The translations under genes and the position numbers were made by a program. A model generated the notes under the pieces. That model had not been told where the DNA came from. It searched no databases and saw nothing but the letters and a program-made list of their open reading frames with translations. DNA of 64,000 nucleotides from a virus. This document shows positions 48,406 to 58,584 of the stretch, in pieces. The first letter of the stretch is position 1. Each line of letters opens with the position of its first letter. The stretch covers positions 4,595 through 68,594 of the IMG/VR virus record IMGVR_UViG_3300033146_001150; one strand, written 5' to 3'.

Positions 48406-50187
48406 TTATATATACATTCTATTTTCGAATTTTATTGTTTGTTGTGGAGCCTCACTATTATTCTCCTTATAAAATCGTTCGACACTACGCAATTTACCTT
48501 CTAAATCTGGGAGATATGTATATATATTATCAAAAAAGTCTAATATATCATCAACAGACATTTCAGTATCACCATACGCCATCATATACCATTTAACAAC
48601 CTCAGATATTAATTTTTTCGTTGCGTCCACTAATTTTAGCTTATCATGTCTAGATATGTCTTTTATTCCGTGCTTAGTTAATCTGTCTATGGTATGGCGA
48701 AGATATAAAATAGGTCCTACTGATTTTAATGTTTTATATTTTTCAGCATAGTCTACGCCATTCGACTCTTTATATTCCATAAACTTAGACTGTGCATCAG
48801 CCACAGCTTCCTCCACACCTTCCATACAATCAACGTCTTCATCAGCACAATTTTCAGATACTAGTTCTTTTATTTTATTTAACGACATATCACCTGTTTT
48901 GTTATATGTATATAATACATATGCCTTCATCAGATAAGGATCAGGATTCCCATCAGATTGAAATACTTCATCTAATATTTCCCATTCATCTAATGTATTC
49001 TCAATAGATCCTAAATCTTCAGTAAATACAACCCCTGGGTTATCTAATATATAATCAGCTAATCGTTCAAATGAAACGTCACTACTATCTAATAATTCAA
49101 AATATTCACCAACATCAGAAACTATATCAGCCTTTATTAAGTCGGCTATAGCATAAGAATCAATACTACCTTCAACCCATTCTTGTACATAATCTATAGC
49201 GTCCCCGCCATCACGTAGAGGATCGGTATGATATATAATATCATCAGCATCAATACCATCTATATCATCAGCAAGGTTATATATTTCACTCACAACATCA
49301 AAATGTAAATTATCATCTATATCATCAGCAGTCCATTCGCTATCATATATCAATTCTGCAACTTCATCGGTCAGTATCTCTTTTCCTCTATCTGATATAT
49401 AAAGCATACCATCTAAAATTTCACCTAATCTAGCGAACGCTTCGTCTCTAACAGCGTCTGGATTATCTTCTTCTGGAAATCCTTTTTCTTCAATCCAATC
49501 CAGTAATCCAGTACCAGCAAACTCTTCTCTAGGATCAAAAAATTCATTTTCGCAGTTTTTATTTTCAACTGTATGATCTTTACCTTGTTCCCAAAACATT
49601 TGCCATTTTTTTCTGGTCTTTTTATCATAAATGATATATAAATCTCCGTTAGCGTACATATCGTTATTAAAATAACATACGTTATCGTCTTGATGACCAG
49701 TACACCAAGCACACCCAGACGCATAATACTGAGATGCTTGCATTGTTTTAGGTACTACGACAATATACTCATTGTCGTTATATACAACTTCAGAATTTTT
49801 TTCTGCTAATTTCTTTCGGGCTTTTTCTTTATCTTTTTTAGATAAGAGTAATCCATCTTTTTCTGCATTATCCATAACTTCTATGAATGTTAATAAATCT
49901 AATTTATTAATGTCTCGGTGTTCTGGTTTTAAATTAGTTTTTAGTCTATCGTATGTTTTTAATAAATTTGATAGTTTTGGTATATCCACAACGTCTAGAG
50001 TTTCTTTATTTTTAATAAGCCAATCTACATAGTTTCCTACTTTATCTAATCCGTTTGATGTTGGGTCTAACTCAACTATAGAATTGAATAAATTCCTATC
50101 AAGTTTACCATCATAAAATTTATTAAATTTATCATCAGCCGTGATCTCATTGATCATACCTTCTTGTATATACTGAAATATGCTCAT
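48406..50187 (-). CDS. WCT-motif paralog, subfamily B
   Basis: EITADDKFNKFYDGK, DPTSNG, GCAWCTG, WQMFWE. Confidence 0.7.
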   Translation of the reverse strand: MSIFQYIQEGMINEITADDKFNKFYDGKLDRNLFNSIVELDPTSNGLDKVGNYVDWLIKNKETLDVVDIPKLSNLLKTYDRLKTNLKPEHRDINKLDLLTFIEVMDNAEKDGLLLSKKDKEKARKKLAEKNSEVVYNDNEYIVVVPKTMQASQYYASGCAWCTGHQDDNVCYFNNDMYANGDLYIIYDKKTRKKWQMFWEQGKDHTVENKNCENEFFDPREEFAGTGLLDWIEEKGFPEEDNPDAVRDEAFARLGEILDGMLYISDRGKEILTDEVAELIYDSEWTADDIDDNLHFDVVSEIYNLADDIDGIDADDIIYHTDPLRDGGDAIDYVQEWVEGSIDSYAIADLIKADIVSDVGEYFELLDSSDVSFERLADYILDNPGVVFTEDLGSIENTLDEWEILDEVFQSDGNPDPYLMKAYVLYTYNKTGDMSLNKIKELVSENCADEDVDCMEGVEEAVADAQSKFMEYKESNGVDYAEKYKTLKSVGPILYLRHTIDRLTKHGIKDISRHDKLKLVDATKKLISEVVKWYMMAYGDTEMSVDDILDFFDNIYTYLPDLEGKLRSVERFYKENNSEAPQQTIKFENRMYI

Positions 50188-50196
50188 TAGTACTTC

Positions 50197-50514
50197 CTAT
50201 TTAAAATTATACCGCTCATCTACATTAACCCCAGCCTCTTCTTCCATTTTACGAAGCCTAGTATAATAATCTGGGATTTCTGATAAATGATCTAATGCTA
50301 TTTTTTTAGATATATCTTTATCTGATGTATGCTCCATCTCAACAATAACGCCCATAGATAATTGTTCTGGATCAGCGTCATCTTCAGTGAAATGATTTTC
50401 TATTGATTTACCAGCATTCATTATGAGATTAATATTTAATTCATCTATATTAGAATCATCATTTGTCTCAATATACCCATCAATTTCATTTATTATTGAC
50501 ATATACACTCCCAT
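50197..50514 (-). CDS. DUF5661-like conserved phage protein
   Basis: MGVIVEMEHT...IALDHLSEIPDYYTRL. Confidence 0.7.
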   Translation of the reverse strand: MGVYMSIINEIDGYIETNDDSNIDELNINLIMNAGKSIENHFTEDDADPEQLSMGVIVEMEHTSDKDISKKIALDHLSEIPDYYTRLRKMEEEAGVNVDERYNFK

Positions 50515-50526
50515 GATTTATATTAC

Positions 50527-50540
50527 TATTTATATAAATA
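50527..50540. promoter_or_regulatory. overlapping back-to-back late promoters
   Basis: Palindromic TATTTATATAAATA between divergent genes. Confidence 0.6.
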
Positions 50541-50567
50541 ATCATAATTAACTAAAGGAGTTGATTT

Positions 50568-51008
50568 TTGAATTATAAAGAACATTCTATAGGTGGTATA
50601 ATAATATCTATTATGATATTTCTATCGCTATTAATATACACTCGTAATATAACAACCGCATTGTCATGTTCTGGGGTGTCATACATAATGGCATTATATC
50701 CTGATATGGATATATCGTCAATATCAAAACGCATAATAACTATTGGCACTCTTATCATTATAGGATATTTAGTGTATATTGGTGGGATATATCAACAATC
50801 TATTTTAATTTTATCCGGATTAATAATAATACCAAATATATTTAAACATAGAGGTGTGGTTCATACATTAAAATTCGGTGTATTAGTATCGTATCTCATT
50901 TATATTGTATTATCCAATTATATAGATATATATTATGGGTATGTTGTTGGTGCTGGGGTTGTTGGTTATATGACTCACTTAATGTTAGACGACCATATAA
51001 GAATATAG
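50568..51008 (+). CDS. YdjM-like membrane metal-dependent hydrolase
   Basis: EH, YPDMD, HRGVVH and THLMLD motifs with TM helices. Confidence 0.75.
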   Translation: MNYKEHSIGGIIISIMIFLSLLIYTRNITTALSCSGVSYIMALYPDMDISSISKRIITIGTLIIIGYLVYIGGIYQQSILILSGLIIIPNIFKHRGVVHTLKFGVLVSYLIYIVLSNYIDIYYGYVVGAGVVGYMTHLMLDDHIRI

Positions 51009-51015
51009 AGGTTAT

Positions 51016-51279
51016 ATGAAAAAGAGAAAAAGATTTAATAAAACTACAGGTAAACGATATGCCTTACAGACTATACCACACCGAGTAACTAAACAAACTA
51101 AAAAACAAATACTTGATAGTAAAAATTTAGACTCTATTAGTGATGAATTGAATAATAGAATGAAGGATATGTTAATAGCAGCTAATGGGGTTAATGGTTT
51201 AGATACATTTATGGTGAACCAATTAAATAGATTACAATCTAAAATAGACAAACAGATCGCTAAACTAAAAGATAAATAA
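51016..51279 (+). CDS. basic hypothetical protein
   Basis: ORF with GAGG RBS. Confidence 0.55.
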   Translation: MKKRKRFNKTTGKRYALQTIPHRVTKQTKKQILDSKNLDSISDELNNRMKDMLIAANGVNGLDTFMVNQLNRLQSKIDKQIAKLKDK

Positions 51280-51321
51280 TATATATAAATAATACTATAT
51301 TATAAACAGAATGGAGAAAGT

Positions 51322-51744
51322 ATGTCTTTTTCAGATTACATAATCATTGAACAGCTATTATCCGAATTGGATGACATTTTGGTTAATGGTAGAATATTAT
51401 TCGAATCTCAAAATGATTTTGCGTTTAGTGATAAAGTTGATGCTATAGGTAGCCCTACAGTAAAAGCTATATTTAAATCTTTAGGTGCGGCTGCTATGTA
51501 TGGTGGTAAAAAAGCTAATCAGCTTGGTAAATTAATAACACCAACCGGAATATCTGAATTAAAGTCGGCTTTAGCTGATGGATTCTTTAATAGTAGTGAA
51601 ATTAAATATATCACTAGAAAATTAAAAGACCCTACCCGATATAAAGGATATTCTGGATTTGAGCAATTTATTACAGATCTAAAAGAAGATAATCCAAAAT
51701 TATTAGATAATTTAAAAAGATTAGCACTAACAATTGTAGCATAA
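51322..51744 (+). CDS. late hypothetical protein
   Basis: TATAAATA near 51284; MSFSDY leader. Confidence 0.6.
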   Translation: MSFSDYIIIEQLLSELDDILVNGRILFESQNDFAFSDKVDAIGSPTVKAIFKSLGAAAMYGGKKANQLGKLITPTGISELKSALADGFFNSSEIKYITRKLKDPTRYKGYSGFEQFITDLKEDNPKLLDNLKRLALTIVA

Positions 51745-51746
51745 AT

Positions 51747-51778
51747 AAAAAACTCATATTGAAAAATATGAGTTTTTT
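51747..51778. terminator. bidirectional terminator
   Basis: AAAAAACTCATATT/AATATGAGTTTTTT. Confidence 0.7.
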
Positions 51779-51791
51779 ATTTATTATGATA

Positions 51792-53423
51792 TTAATCTAT
51801 TATATCATATATATCATCATTAGAATATCCTATTATTCGTAAGAATTTCTTTAATTTATCATCACGAGGAATATCAATATCATCATATGAATCTATAATA
51901 TCACGCATTTCTCCAGTAGATATATCACCGAATATATCATACGCAGACCAATTATCATTTAAATCGTCCCCATCTTCATTCGTTGGTTCGCTTGTAACAT
52001 AATCTACCAATGATGGTAATTGCATATCAGCGGTTAATATATCTATTCCGTTATTTGAAATTTTAGTTCCTATATATTCTGGTACATCTGTAATTATACC
52101 AGCATCAACTAATTTATTGATATCATATATACCAGCATCGTCGTTATATACAAATTCTTGTAGAAGTTCCATTGGTGGTGTTTTTTCTTGTTTAGGATCA
52201 ACAGGAGCGAATTCTTCAAGGAAATCTTCCATAGTGAATCCAGACTCTAATAGGAATTGTTCTAAATCAAATCCAATATCTTCCGCAGCATCAAACATAG
52301 ATACTATATGATCTATCGCATTTCCTGAAAATAATCTATTAACAAAAACTGTTCCTTTTTCTGGATTATTTTCATCATACATATCCCATATCTCTTCACT
52401 ATATACTTCTTTAAGTTTTTCATCAAATCCAAGACGAACCATCGATTTTCCTAATATATCAGAAAATTCATCAGCATCATATAATGATACTGGGAATGAT
52501 CGATCCTTATAATAATCATCAATCATACGAATGTCATCATCAGAAGTAAATACAGTCACATATTTTGATAAATAAGAACTAACAACATCAACTAATTCAG
52601 GAATATCTTTTCCGTAAATATCAGTAGATACATATAATCCTTTTTCATAATCATCTTGTTCCTCTACGGGAATAACAAGAGTTCGGGCATATGCATTCTT
52701 TAGAATATCGCCTTTATTGGCACTACTGTTAACTACATATGCAATTAATAAATGCCCAACTTCATTATTTAAATATTCTCTATTACACCCATTGACTGCA
52801 TTTTTACAAGACTTCCATTGTTGCTTTGTACTCATACCAGCAACATCATATGGATGTCTACTTAATATAACAGGAGCTTCTATTGGAGCTGTTGTAGTTC
52901 TATCTAATAACGTCAAAAATAATTTAGAATTATCATCTAATGTTTTAGCCGCATCAGGAGATAGTGTCTTCTTTACAGCTTTAATTAAAGTTTTTAATTT
53001 ATATTTATCTTTACTTGGATCGTAGGCATTATTAAGTTTCTTTTTAATTAAATCGTAATCGTCTGATTCTTCATTAATTTTAACATCCACAAATGTTAAA
53101 TCACCATCTTTATCTGGATTTAATGATATTCTAATATCTGATGGGTTAAACATTGCTCCTGGTTTAGGACCAGAAGCTAAAGCTTCGTTCATATTAGTGA
53201 ACCATTCATTAAATTTATCAATATTTTGATCGAATGTTGATCCTACTTTAACAGTTCCTATCGGTATCCGTTGTTTACCTTTAAATATCTCATCATATTT
53301 GTCTGATATTTCTTTCGGGAGAGTTAACGCATTTTCTTTTCCCTTTTTTGTATATTGTTTAGCTAAAGTGAGTGGTAACCCCTCACTCAACAACATTTCA
53401 TTTAAATACTTTATTACACTCAA
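51792..53423 (-). CDS. conserved large-phage protein (SRHPYDVAGMST...W.SC), probably virion-internal
   Basis: Motif plus MSVIKYLNE leader and late promoter. Confidence 0.6.
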   Translation of the reverse strand: MSVIKYLNEMLLSEGLPLTLAKQYTKKGKENALTLPKEISDKYDEIFKGKQRIPIGTVKVGSTFDQNIDKFNEWFTNMNEALASGPKPGAMFNPSDIRISLNPDKDGDLTFVDVKINEESDDYDLIKKKLNNAYDPSKDKYKLKTLIKAVKKTLSPDAAKTLDDNSKLFLTLLDRTTTAPIEAPVILSRHPYDVAGMSTKQQWKSCKNAVNGCNREYLNNEVGHLLIAYVVNSSANKGDILKNAYARTLVIPVEEQDDYEKGLYVSTDIYGKDIPELVDVVSSYLSKYVTVFTSDDDIRMIDDYYKDRSFPVSLYDADEFSDILGKSMVRLGFDEKLKEVYSEEIWDMYDENNPEKGTVFVNRLFSGNAIDHIVSMFDAAEDIGFDLEQFLLESGFTMEDFLEEFAPVDPKQEKTPPMELLQEFVYNDDAGIYDINKLVDAGIITDVPEYIGTKISNNGIDILTADMQLPSLVDYVTSEPTNEDGDDLNDNWSAYDIFGDISTGEMRDIIDSYDDIDIPRDDKLKKFLRIIGYSNDDIYDIID

Positions 53424-53615
53424 GAGATCCTCCTATGTTATATAGTATATTTATATAAATGATGAATTGCACCTTTAGGTGCAAAGTTTTTTCGGGATTT
53501 TTTTGAGCGAAGCCCCCACTACCCCCCACTACCCCCAAAAGATCGTCATTTGGCTATATTTTGATACGCTAAAGCGAATATGTGGGGGATTATGTATGTT
53601 ATGCTAATAATGGGT

Positions 53616-54017
53616 CTATATATATCGTATTAACTGATTGAAAAACGCAGGGCTACCGATGATGGCTTTTTGTACTATAGGATTGTTAGTTCCTTCGCCA
53701 TCTAAAAGCTCTTTCATCCCCAACGGATAATCCATAATTATAGTGTCTCCGTCTATATCACCATTAACTGTGCCGTTACCCTCATTTGGTTGTAATATAA
53801 TAGTCATATCCCTATCTTGGTCTGTGTTAGAAGCATCACTTAAATTGAACGTTGCTCTATACACACCATAATCATTGGGGTCGTCTATAAATGGGTTTGC
53901 TGTTTGATTGTCAACTAAGGATGTTATATACTCTCGTATTTCATTAGCCATCGCCATTGTTTCCTCAGAAGCCCCTTCAGAAACTAATGATTCATTAATA
54001 TATTGTATTATACTCAT
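53616..54017 (-). CDS. hypothetical late protein (start MSIIQYINE)
   Basis: Shared leader; GGAGG RBS. Confidence 0.6.
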   Translation of the reverse strand: MSIIQYINESLVSEGASEETMAMANEIREYITSLVDNQTANPFIDDPNDYGVYRATFNLSDASNTDQDRDMTIILQPNEGNGTVNGDIDGDTIIMDYPLGMKELLDGEGTNNPIVQKAIIGSPAFFNQLIRYI

Positions 54018-55549
54018 AGTATATCCTCCAGCCATTCTTCATAAGTAGCTTTTAGTTGTTGTTCATATTTTTTGAATCTATTAAATTCTTCTTCACTGAT
54101 ACCTGATTCAAGATGTTTATATAAATCATCATGAGCCATCCCAGATAGTCTAGCTGCGATATACACACCATCCAGTGTATTGTCGCCAGTGAAATCATTA
54201 TCGATTGCAGTATTGTATACATCCACCCAATCAGTATCTTTAAATTTAGATGCTAAATATGCCACATCATCAGGTGTGATATCAGCACTATGATTTATAT
54301 AGTTCAAGAGTGCCATATAAAGATCTGCATAATCAGACGATCCGTCAAAAAATGAATTAATCTCAATATCATCGCCCCGTAATAACAGTTCAATGGTATC
54401 TTCTAAAGTATATCCTTCATCAATAATTGATTCTAATTGATGATAATCAATATCATATACCATTGATGGTATAATATCTTGTTCTATAATATCACTTCCA
54501 TATACTTTTTGTGATTGAGAGAATAAGTATTCTAAATCTTCAATTTGATCTGAAAAGAATGCAGGGAATATAACTTCCCAATCACTAATCCCTACATTTT
54601 TAGCAAAGGTAAATGCCTCAATTAATGGTATTGGGTTAAATTCAATATCACCTATATGGTTTGTTACAATACTAATATTATCTGCTGAGTAGTCGGTTTC
54701 GTCATTTAAAAATGTATGAAATTCATTTGTCTGTAATGCAACTGGTAATTCTATATGATTTTCAAGCTCATGTATAGCTTCTTCATATGCAATAAAATTA
54801 TCTTCTTCATTATCGTCATAAGTATCACCATGATCTTCCGGAAATCCTTTTTCATTAATCCAATTTAATAAGGCAGTTCCTTCAAACTCTTCTCTTGGTT
54901 CAAACTCCATATTCTTACAATCTTTATATTCTCCGGTATCTTTACCCTGCTCCCAGAACATCTGCCATTTCTGTCTAGTCTTTTTATCATATATGATGTA
55001 GATGTCTCCGTTGACATACAGATCATTATTAAAATAGCATGCGTCATCGTTCTGATGTCCAGTACACCAAGCACACCCAGCAGCATAGTATTGGGACGCT
55101 TGCATTGTTTTAGGTACTACCACTATATGAGTGTCGTCATTATAAACAACTTCAGAATTCTCTTCAGCTAACTTTTTTCTAGCTCTCTCTTTATCCTTTT
55201 TAGACAACAACACTCCATTTTTTTCAGCATCGTTCATTATAGATATAAATTTAGGTATATCCATTTTATTAATATCTCTATTATCAGGATCTAATTTTGT
55301 TTTTTGTTTATCAAATATTGATAACATTTTACTAAATTTATCAGGATCTATTACATCTAAGCTATCTTTATTTTTCAATAACCAGTCAACATAGTTTCCT
55401 ACTTTAGAATCTCCATTTGACGTAGGATCTAAGTTTAATGCCAAATCAAATATATCACGATCAATCTTACCATCATAAAATTGATTGAATTTATCATCTG
55501 CGGTTATTTCATTAAGTAATGCTTCTTTTAAATATTGTAATACGCTCAT
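54014..55549 (-). CDS. WCT-motif paralog, subfamily B
   Basis: N-terminal ~240 aa nearly identical to 55551..57065. Confidence 0.7.
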   Translation of the reverse strand: MSVLQYLKEALLNEITADDKFNQFYDGKIDRDIFDLALNLDPTSNGDSKVGNYVDWLLKNKDSLDVIDPDKFSKMLSIFDKQKTKLDPDNRDINKMDIPKFISIMNDAEKNGVLLSKKDKERARKKLAEENSEVVYNDDTHIVVVPKTMQASQYYAAGCAWCTGHQNDDACYFNNDLYVNGDIYIIYDKKTRQKWQMFWEQGKDTGEYKDCKNMEFEPREEFEGTALLNWINEKGFPEDHGDTYDDNEEDNFIAYEEAIHELENHIELPVALQTNEFHTFLNDETDYSADNISIVTNHIGDIEFNPIPLIEAFTFAKNVGISDWEVIFPAFFSDQIEDLEYLFSQSQKVYGSDIIEQDIIPSMVYDIDYHQLESIIDEGYTLEDTIELLLRGDDIEINSFFDGSSDYADLYMALLNYINHSADITPDDVAYLASKFKDTDWVDVYNTAIDNDFTGDNTLDGVYIAARLSGMAHDDLYKHLESGISEEEFNRFKKYEQQLKATYEEWLEDIL

Positions 55550-55550
55550 A

Positions 55551-57065
55551 CTAATAAGCCTTTCCTAGAAATCTATCTTCATAAGAGTCTATATCATTTA
55601 TATTAAATCCTTTAGAATTTTTCAATTCATCAATCAAATCTTCTTTAGATTTTCCAATAGTTCTACCAAATTGATATAACATGCTTATATCTTCAGGATC
55701 AACTAAATTATTAGCTATTAACACCATCCACATATGAGCTAGATTGATATTTGATAAATATGTTATAGCATCTTCAAGTTCATCTTCAGATAATACACCA
55801 TCATTAATAAATTCAATAAGAGCTAAATACAAATCAGCATTATGCAATTCCCCACCAGTAAGGAAATTTTCAACATCATCATTATTATAATTTAGTAGCA
55901 TAGTTATTATGTCCTGAAGTCTAAATCCTATATCATATATAGCATTTATCACATTAGAATCAACATACTCTAATAATTCTGGTATCAACGTATTCAGCAT
56001 ATCAGTATAGTATTCTACGTTTGCGGTTTCATTAAAGAAATGTTCTAATTTAGTTATATCATTAGAAAAGAATTCGGGAAATACAGATTGCCATGCCTCT
56101 GCTGGTGCTTTAATATCTTTCATAAATTGAAATAAATCAATTAATGTACCTCGGTCATATTTAACGAATCCTATATTGCTGATGTCTGGGTGATAATTCT
56201 GAGCCGAATGATTAGTATTATCTCCGAAAAATTCAAAGAACTGATCCGTTCTCAATATACGAGGAAGTTCAATGGATTCCATAAAGTCATCAAGAGCTTG
56301 TTCATAATTCTCGTGTTGATCTTCTTCAGCTGCATAGGTATCGCCATGTTCTTCCGGAAATCCTTGCTCATTAATCCAATTTAATAAATCCGTATCCTTA
56401 AACTCTTCTCTTGGCTCAAACTCTATATTCTTACAATCTTTATATTCACCAACATCTTTACCCTGTTCCCAAAACAGCTGCCATTTATTTCTTGTTTTTT
56501 TGTCGTATATAATGTAGATGTCTCCGTTGACATACATATCATTATCAAAATAACATACATTATCATCCTGGTGTCCTGTGCACCACGCACACCCAGCCGC
56601 ATAGTATTGGGACGCTTGCATCGTTTTAGGGACCACAACTATGTGTTTATCATCATTATAAACAACCTCAGAGTTCTCCTCAGCTAATTTCTTTCTAGCT
56701 CTCTCTTTATCTTTCTTAGATAAAAGAATTCCATCCTTCTCGGCTTTATTCATAACTGATATGAATTTAGGTATATCCATTTTATTAATATCTCTATTAT
56801 CAGGATCTAATTTTGTTTTCTGCTTATCGAAAATAGATAGCATCTTACTGAATTTATCAGAATCAATTATATCTAAACTATCTTTATTTTTCAATAACCA
56901 ATCAACATAATTACCTACTTTGTAATTACCATTAGACGTTGGATCAAGTTCGAGTGCTTGATCGAATATTTCACGATCAAGCTTACCATCATAGAATTTA
57001 TTATATTTATCATCAGCAGTAATCTCATTAATTAATACCTCTTTTAAATACTGTAATACACTCAT
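55551..57065 (-). CDS. WCT-motif paralog, subfamily B
   Basis: EITADDKYNKFYDGK, GCAWCTG. Confidence 0.7.
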   Translation of the reverse strand: MSVLQYLKEVLINEITADDKYNKFYDGKLDREIFDQALELDPTSNGNYKVGNYVDWLLKNKDSLDIIDSDKFSKMLSIFDKQKTKLDPDNRDINKMDIPKFISVMNKAEKDGILLSKKDKERARKKLAEENSEVVYNDDKHIVVVPKTMQASQYYAAGCAWCTGHQDDNVCYFDNDMYVNGDIYIIYDKKTRNKWQLFWEQGKDVGEYKDCKNIEFEPREEFKDTDLLNWINEQGFPEEHGDTYAAEEDQHENYEQALDDFMESIELPRILRTDQFFEFFGDNTNHSAQNYHPDISNIGFVKYDRGTLIDLFQFMKDIKAPAEAWQSVFPEFFSNDITKLEHFFNETANVEYYTDMLNTLIPELLEYVDSNVINAIYDIGFRLQDIITMLLNYNNDDVENFLTGGELHNADLYLALIEFINDGVLSEDELEDAITYLSNINLAHMWMVLIANNLVDPEDISMLYQFGRTIGKSKEDLIDELKNSKGFNINDIDSYEDRFLGKAY

Positions 57066-57074
57066 AGAGTCCCC

Positions 57075-58541
57075 TTAAATATCAGACATTCTTAATTGAG
57101 GATTCTCATCTCTAGTTTCTGAATCATCATTTTTTATTTTTATTTTCTGTAGATCATCTTCTAATCCATTTAAGAATTCTTCTATATCATCTCCAGGAAC
57201 TCCACGTAAATTAGTGATTTTAGATAAAAGATCACCAAATGCATAGATAATATCATCTATACTATCATCGATATCGTTACTATGTGCAGTATACCATGCT
57301 CGTATGACATCAGCACCTTCGTCAGCGTCTCCATATTTATGTTCTGTGCTGTATATGGTATCTAATATATCATGTATTGTTGAGTCTGCATCAAATAAAC
57401 GGGGCTGATCTGCTAAAAAGTCTGGATTGTTATCTAACACTTCAGATAAATCCACATCATACCCAGCAACTGATATTGCTGATGTTATAACTGAAGGGTT
57501 TTCTATGTCAATTAAATGATTACTTTTCATTTCATCTAATATGCCTTCAGCTGAATCTAATATCGTAGAGGCTTCTTCATTTAAAAAGCGTGCCGCAGTA
57601 TCATTATACTCTTCAGTTATTCGTTCAACTTCATCGTTATAGTCTTCATCGCCTTCACTAACTTCGAGGTGTTGTTCTAAATAATCTTCCAATTCTCCAT
57701 AATAATCAATGAACATTTCAAGTTTATAATTAAGATGGTCTCGTAATTCAGCAGCTACCTGATTTTGTAACGCATCATTGCCACCAAAATGATCTTTATG
57801 GTATTCAGCAACATTACTCATAATAGCATCTAATCCAGCTTCTTCAGGAAATTCATTTTCATCAATCCATTTTAATAAATCAGTCCCGGCAAATACTTTC
57901 CATGGATCGAATGGGGAATTGTTGAATGTTTTATATTCAGGACTTCTCCCAGCACCATTAGGTTTAAACATTTGCCACATTTCTTTTGTTTTATTATTTC
58001 TGATTATGTATAAATCTCCATTTTCACCATAATGATCAAACATACATCTATCATCTTGATATGCAGTACACCAAGCAGAACCCTTCCCCATAAATTGAGA
58101 AGCCTCTTTTGTTTTTGGTGATATTACAATGAAATCATCATCTTTATATACTATTTCAGATTCTTTAAATGCTTTTTGTTCTCTAGCTTTTGCTCTATCT
58201 TTTTTAGATAGTAATACGCCAGATTCTTCGGCATCTTTCATTACTGATACAAATTTCTTATAATCCATCTTATTGATATCTCTATCAGCTGGATCTAATT
58301 TAGTTTTTAATCTATGGAAAGTTTGTAGTAATGATGTAGTGTCGTCATTAATAGCATCGGGATTCAATAATAACCAGTCTACATAGTCACCAACCTTATT
58401 ATCTCCTTTTGATGTTGGATCAGTATCAACCGCCTTATCAAAAGTATCTCTATCAATTTTTCCATCATAGAATTTATTAAATTTTTCGTCTGCTGTTATC
58501 TCGTTAAGCAGAGCTTCCTGTAGATATTGGATAATGCTCAT
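57075..58541 (-). CDS. WCT-motif paralog, subfamily B
   Basis: EITADEKFNKFYDGK, GSAWCTA. Confidence 0.7.
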   Translation of the reverse strand: MSIIQYLQEALLNEITADEKFNKFYDGKIDRDTFDKAVDTDPTSKGDNKVGDYVDWLLLNPDAINDDTTSLLQTFHRLKTKLDPADRDINKMDYKKFVSVMKDAEESGVLLSKKDRAKAREQKAFKESEIVYKDDDFIVISPKTKEASQFMGKGSAWCTAYQDDRCMFDHYGENGDLYIIRNNKTKEMWQMFKPNGAGRSPEYKTFNNSPFDPWKVFAGTDLLKWIDENEFPEEAGLDAIMSNVAEYHKDHFGGNDALQNQVAAELRDHLNYKLEMFIDYYGELEDYLEQHLEVSEGDEDYNDEVERITEEYNDTAARFLNEEASTILDSAEGILDEMKSNHLIDIENPSVITSAISVAGYDVDLSEVLDNNPDFLADQPRLFDADSTIHDILDTIYSTEHKYGDADEGADVIRAWYTAHSNDIDDSIDDIIYAFGDLLSKITNLRGVPGDDIEEFLNGLEDDLQKIKIKNDDSETRDENPQLRMSDI

Positions 58542-58584
58542 ATATACTCCGTTATTATTTTAATGTTATAGTGATATTTATATA

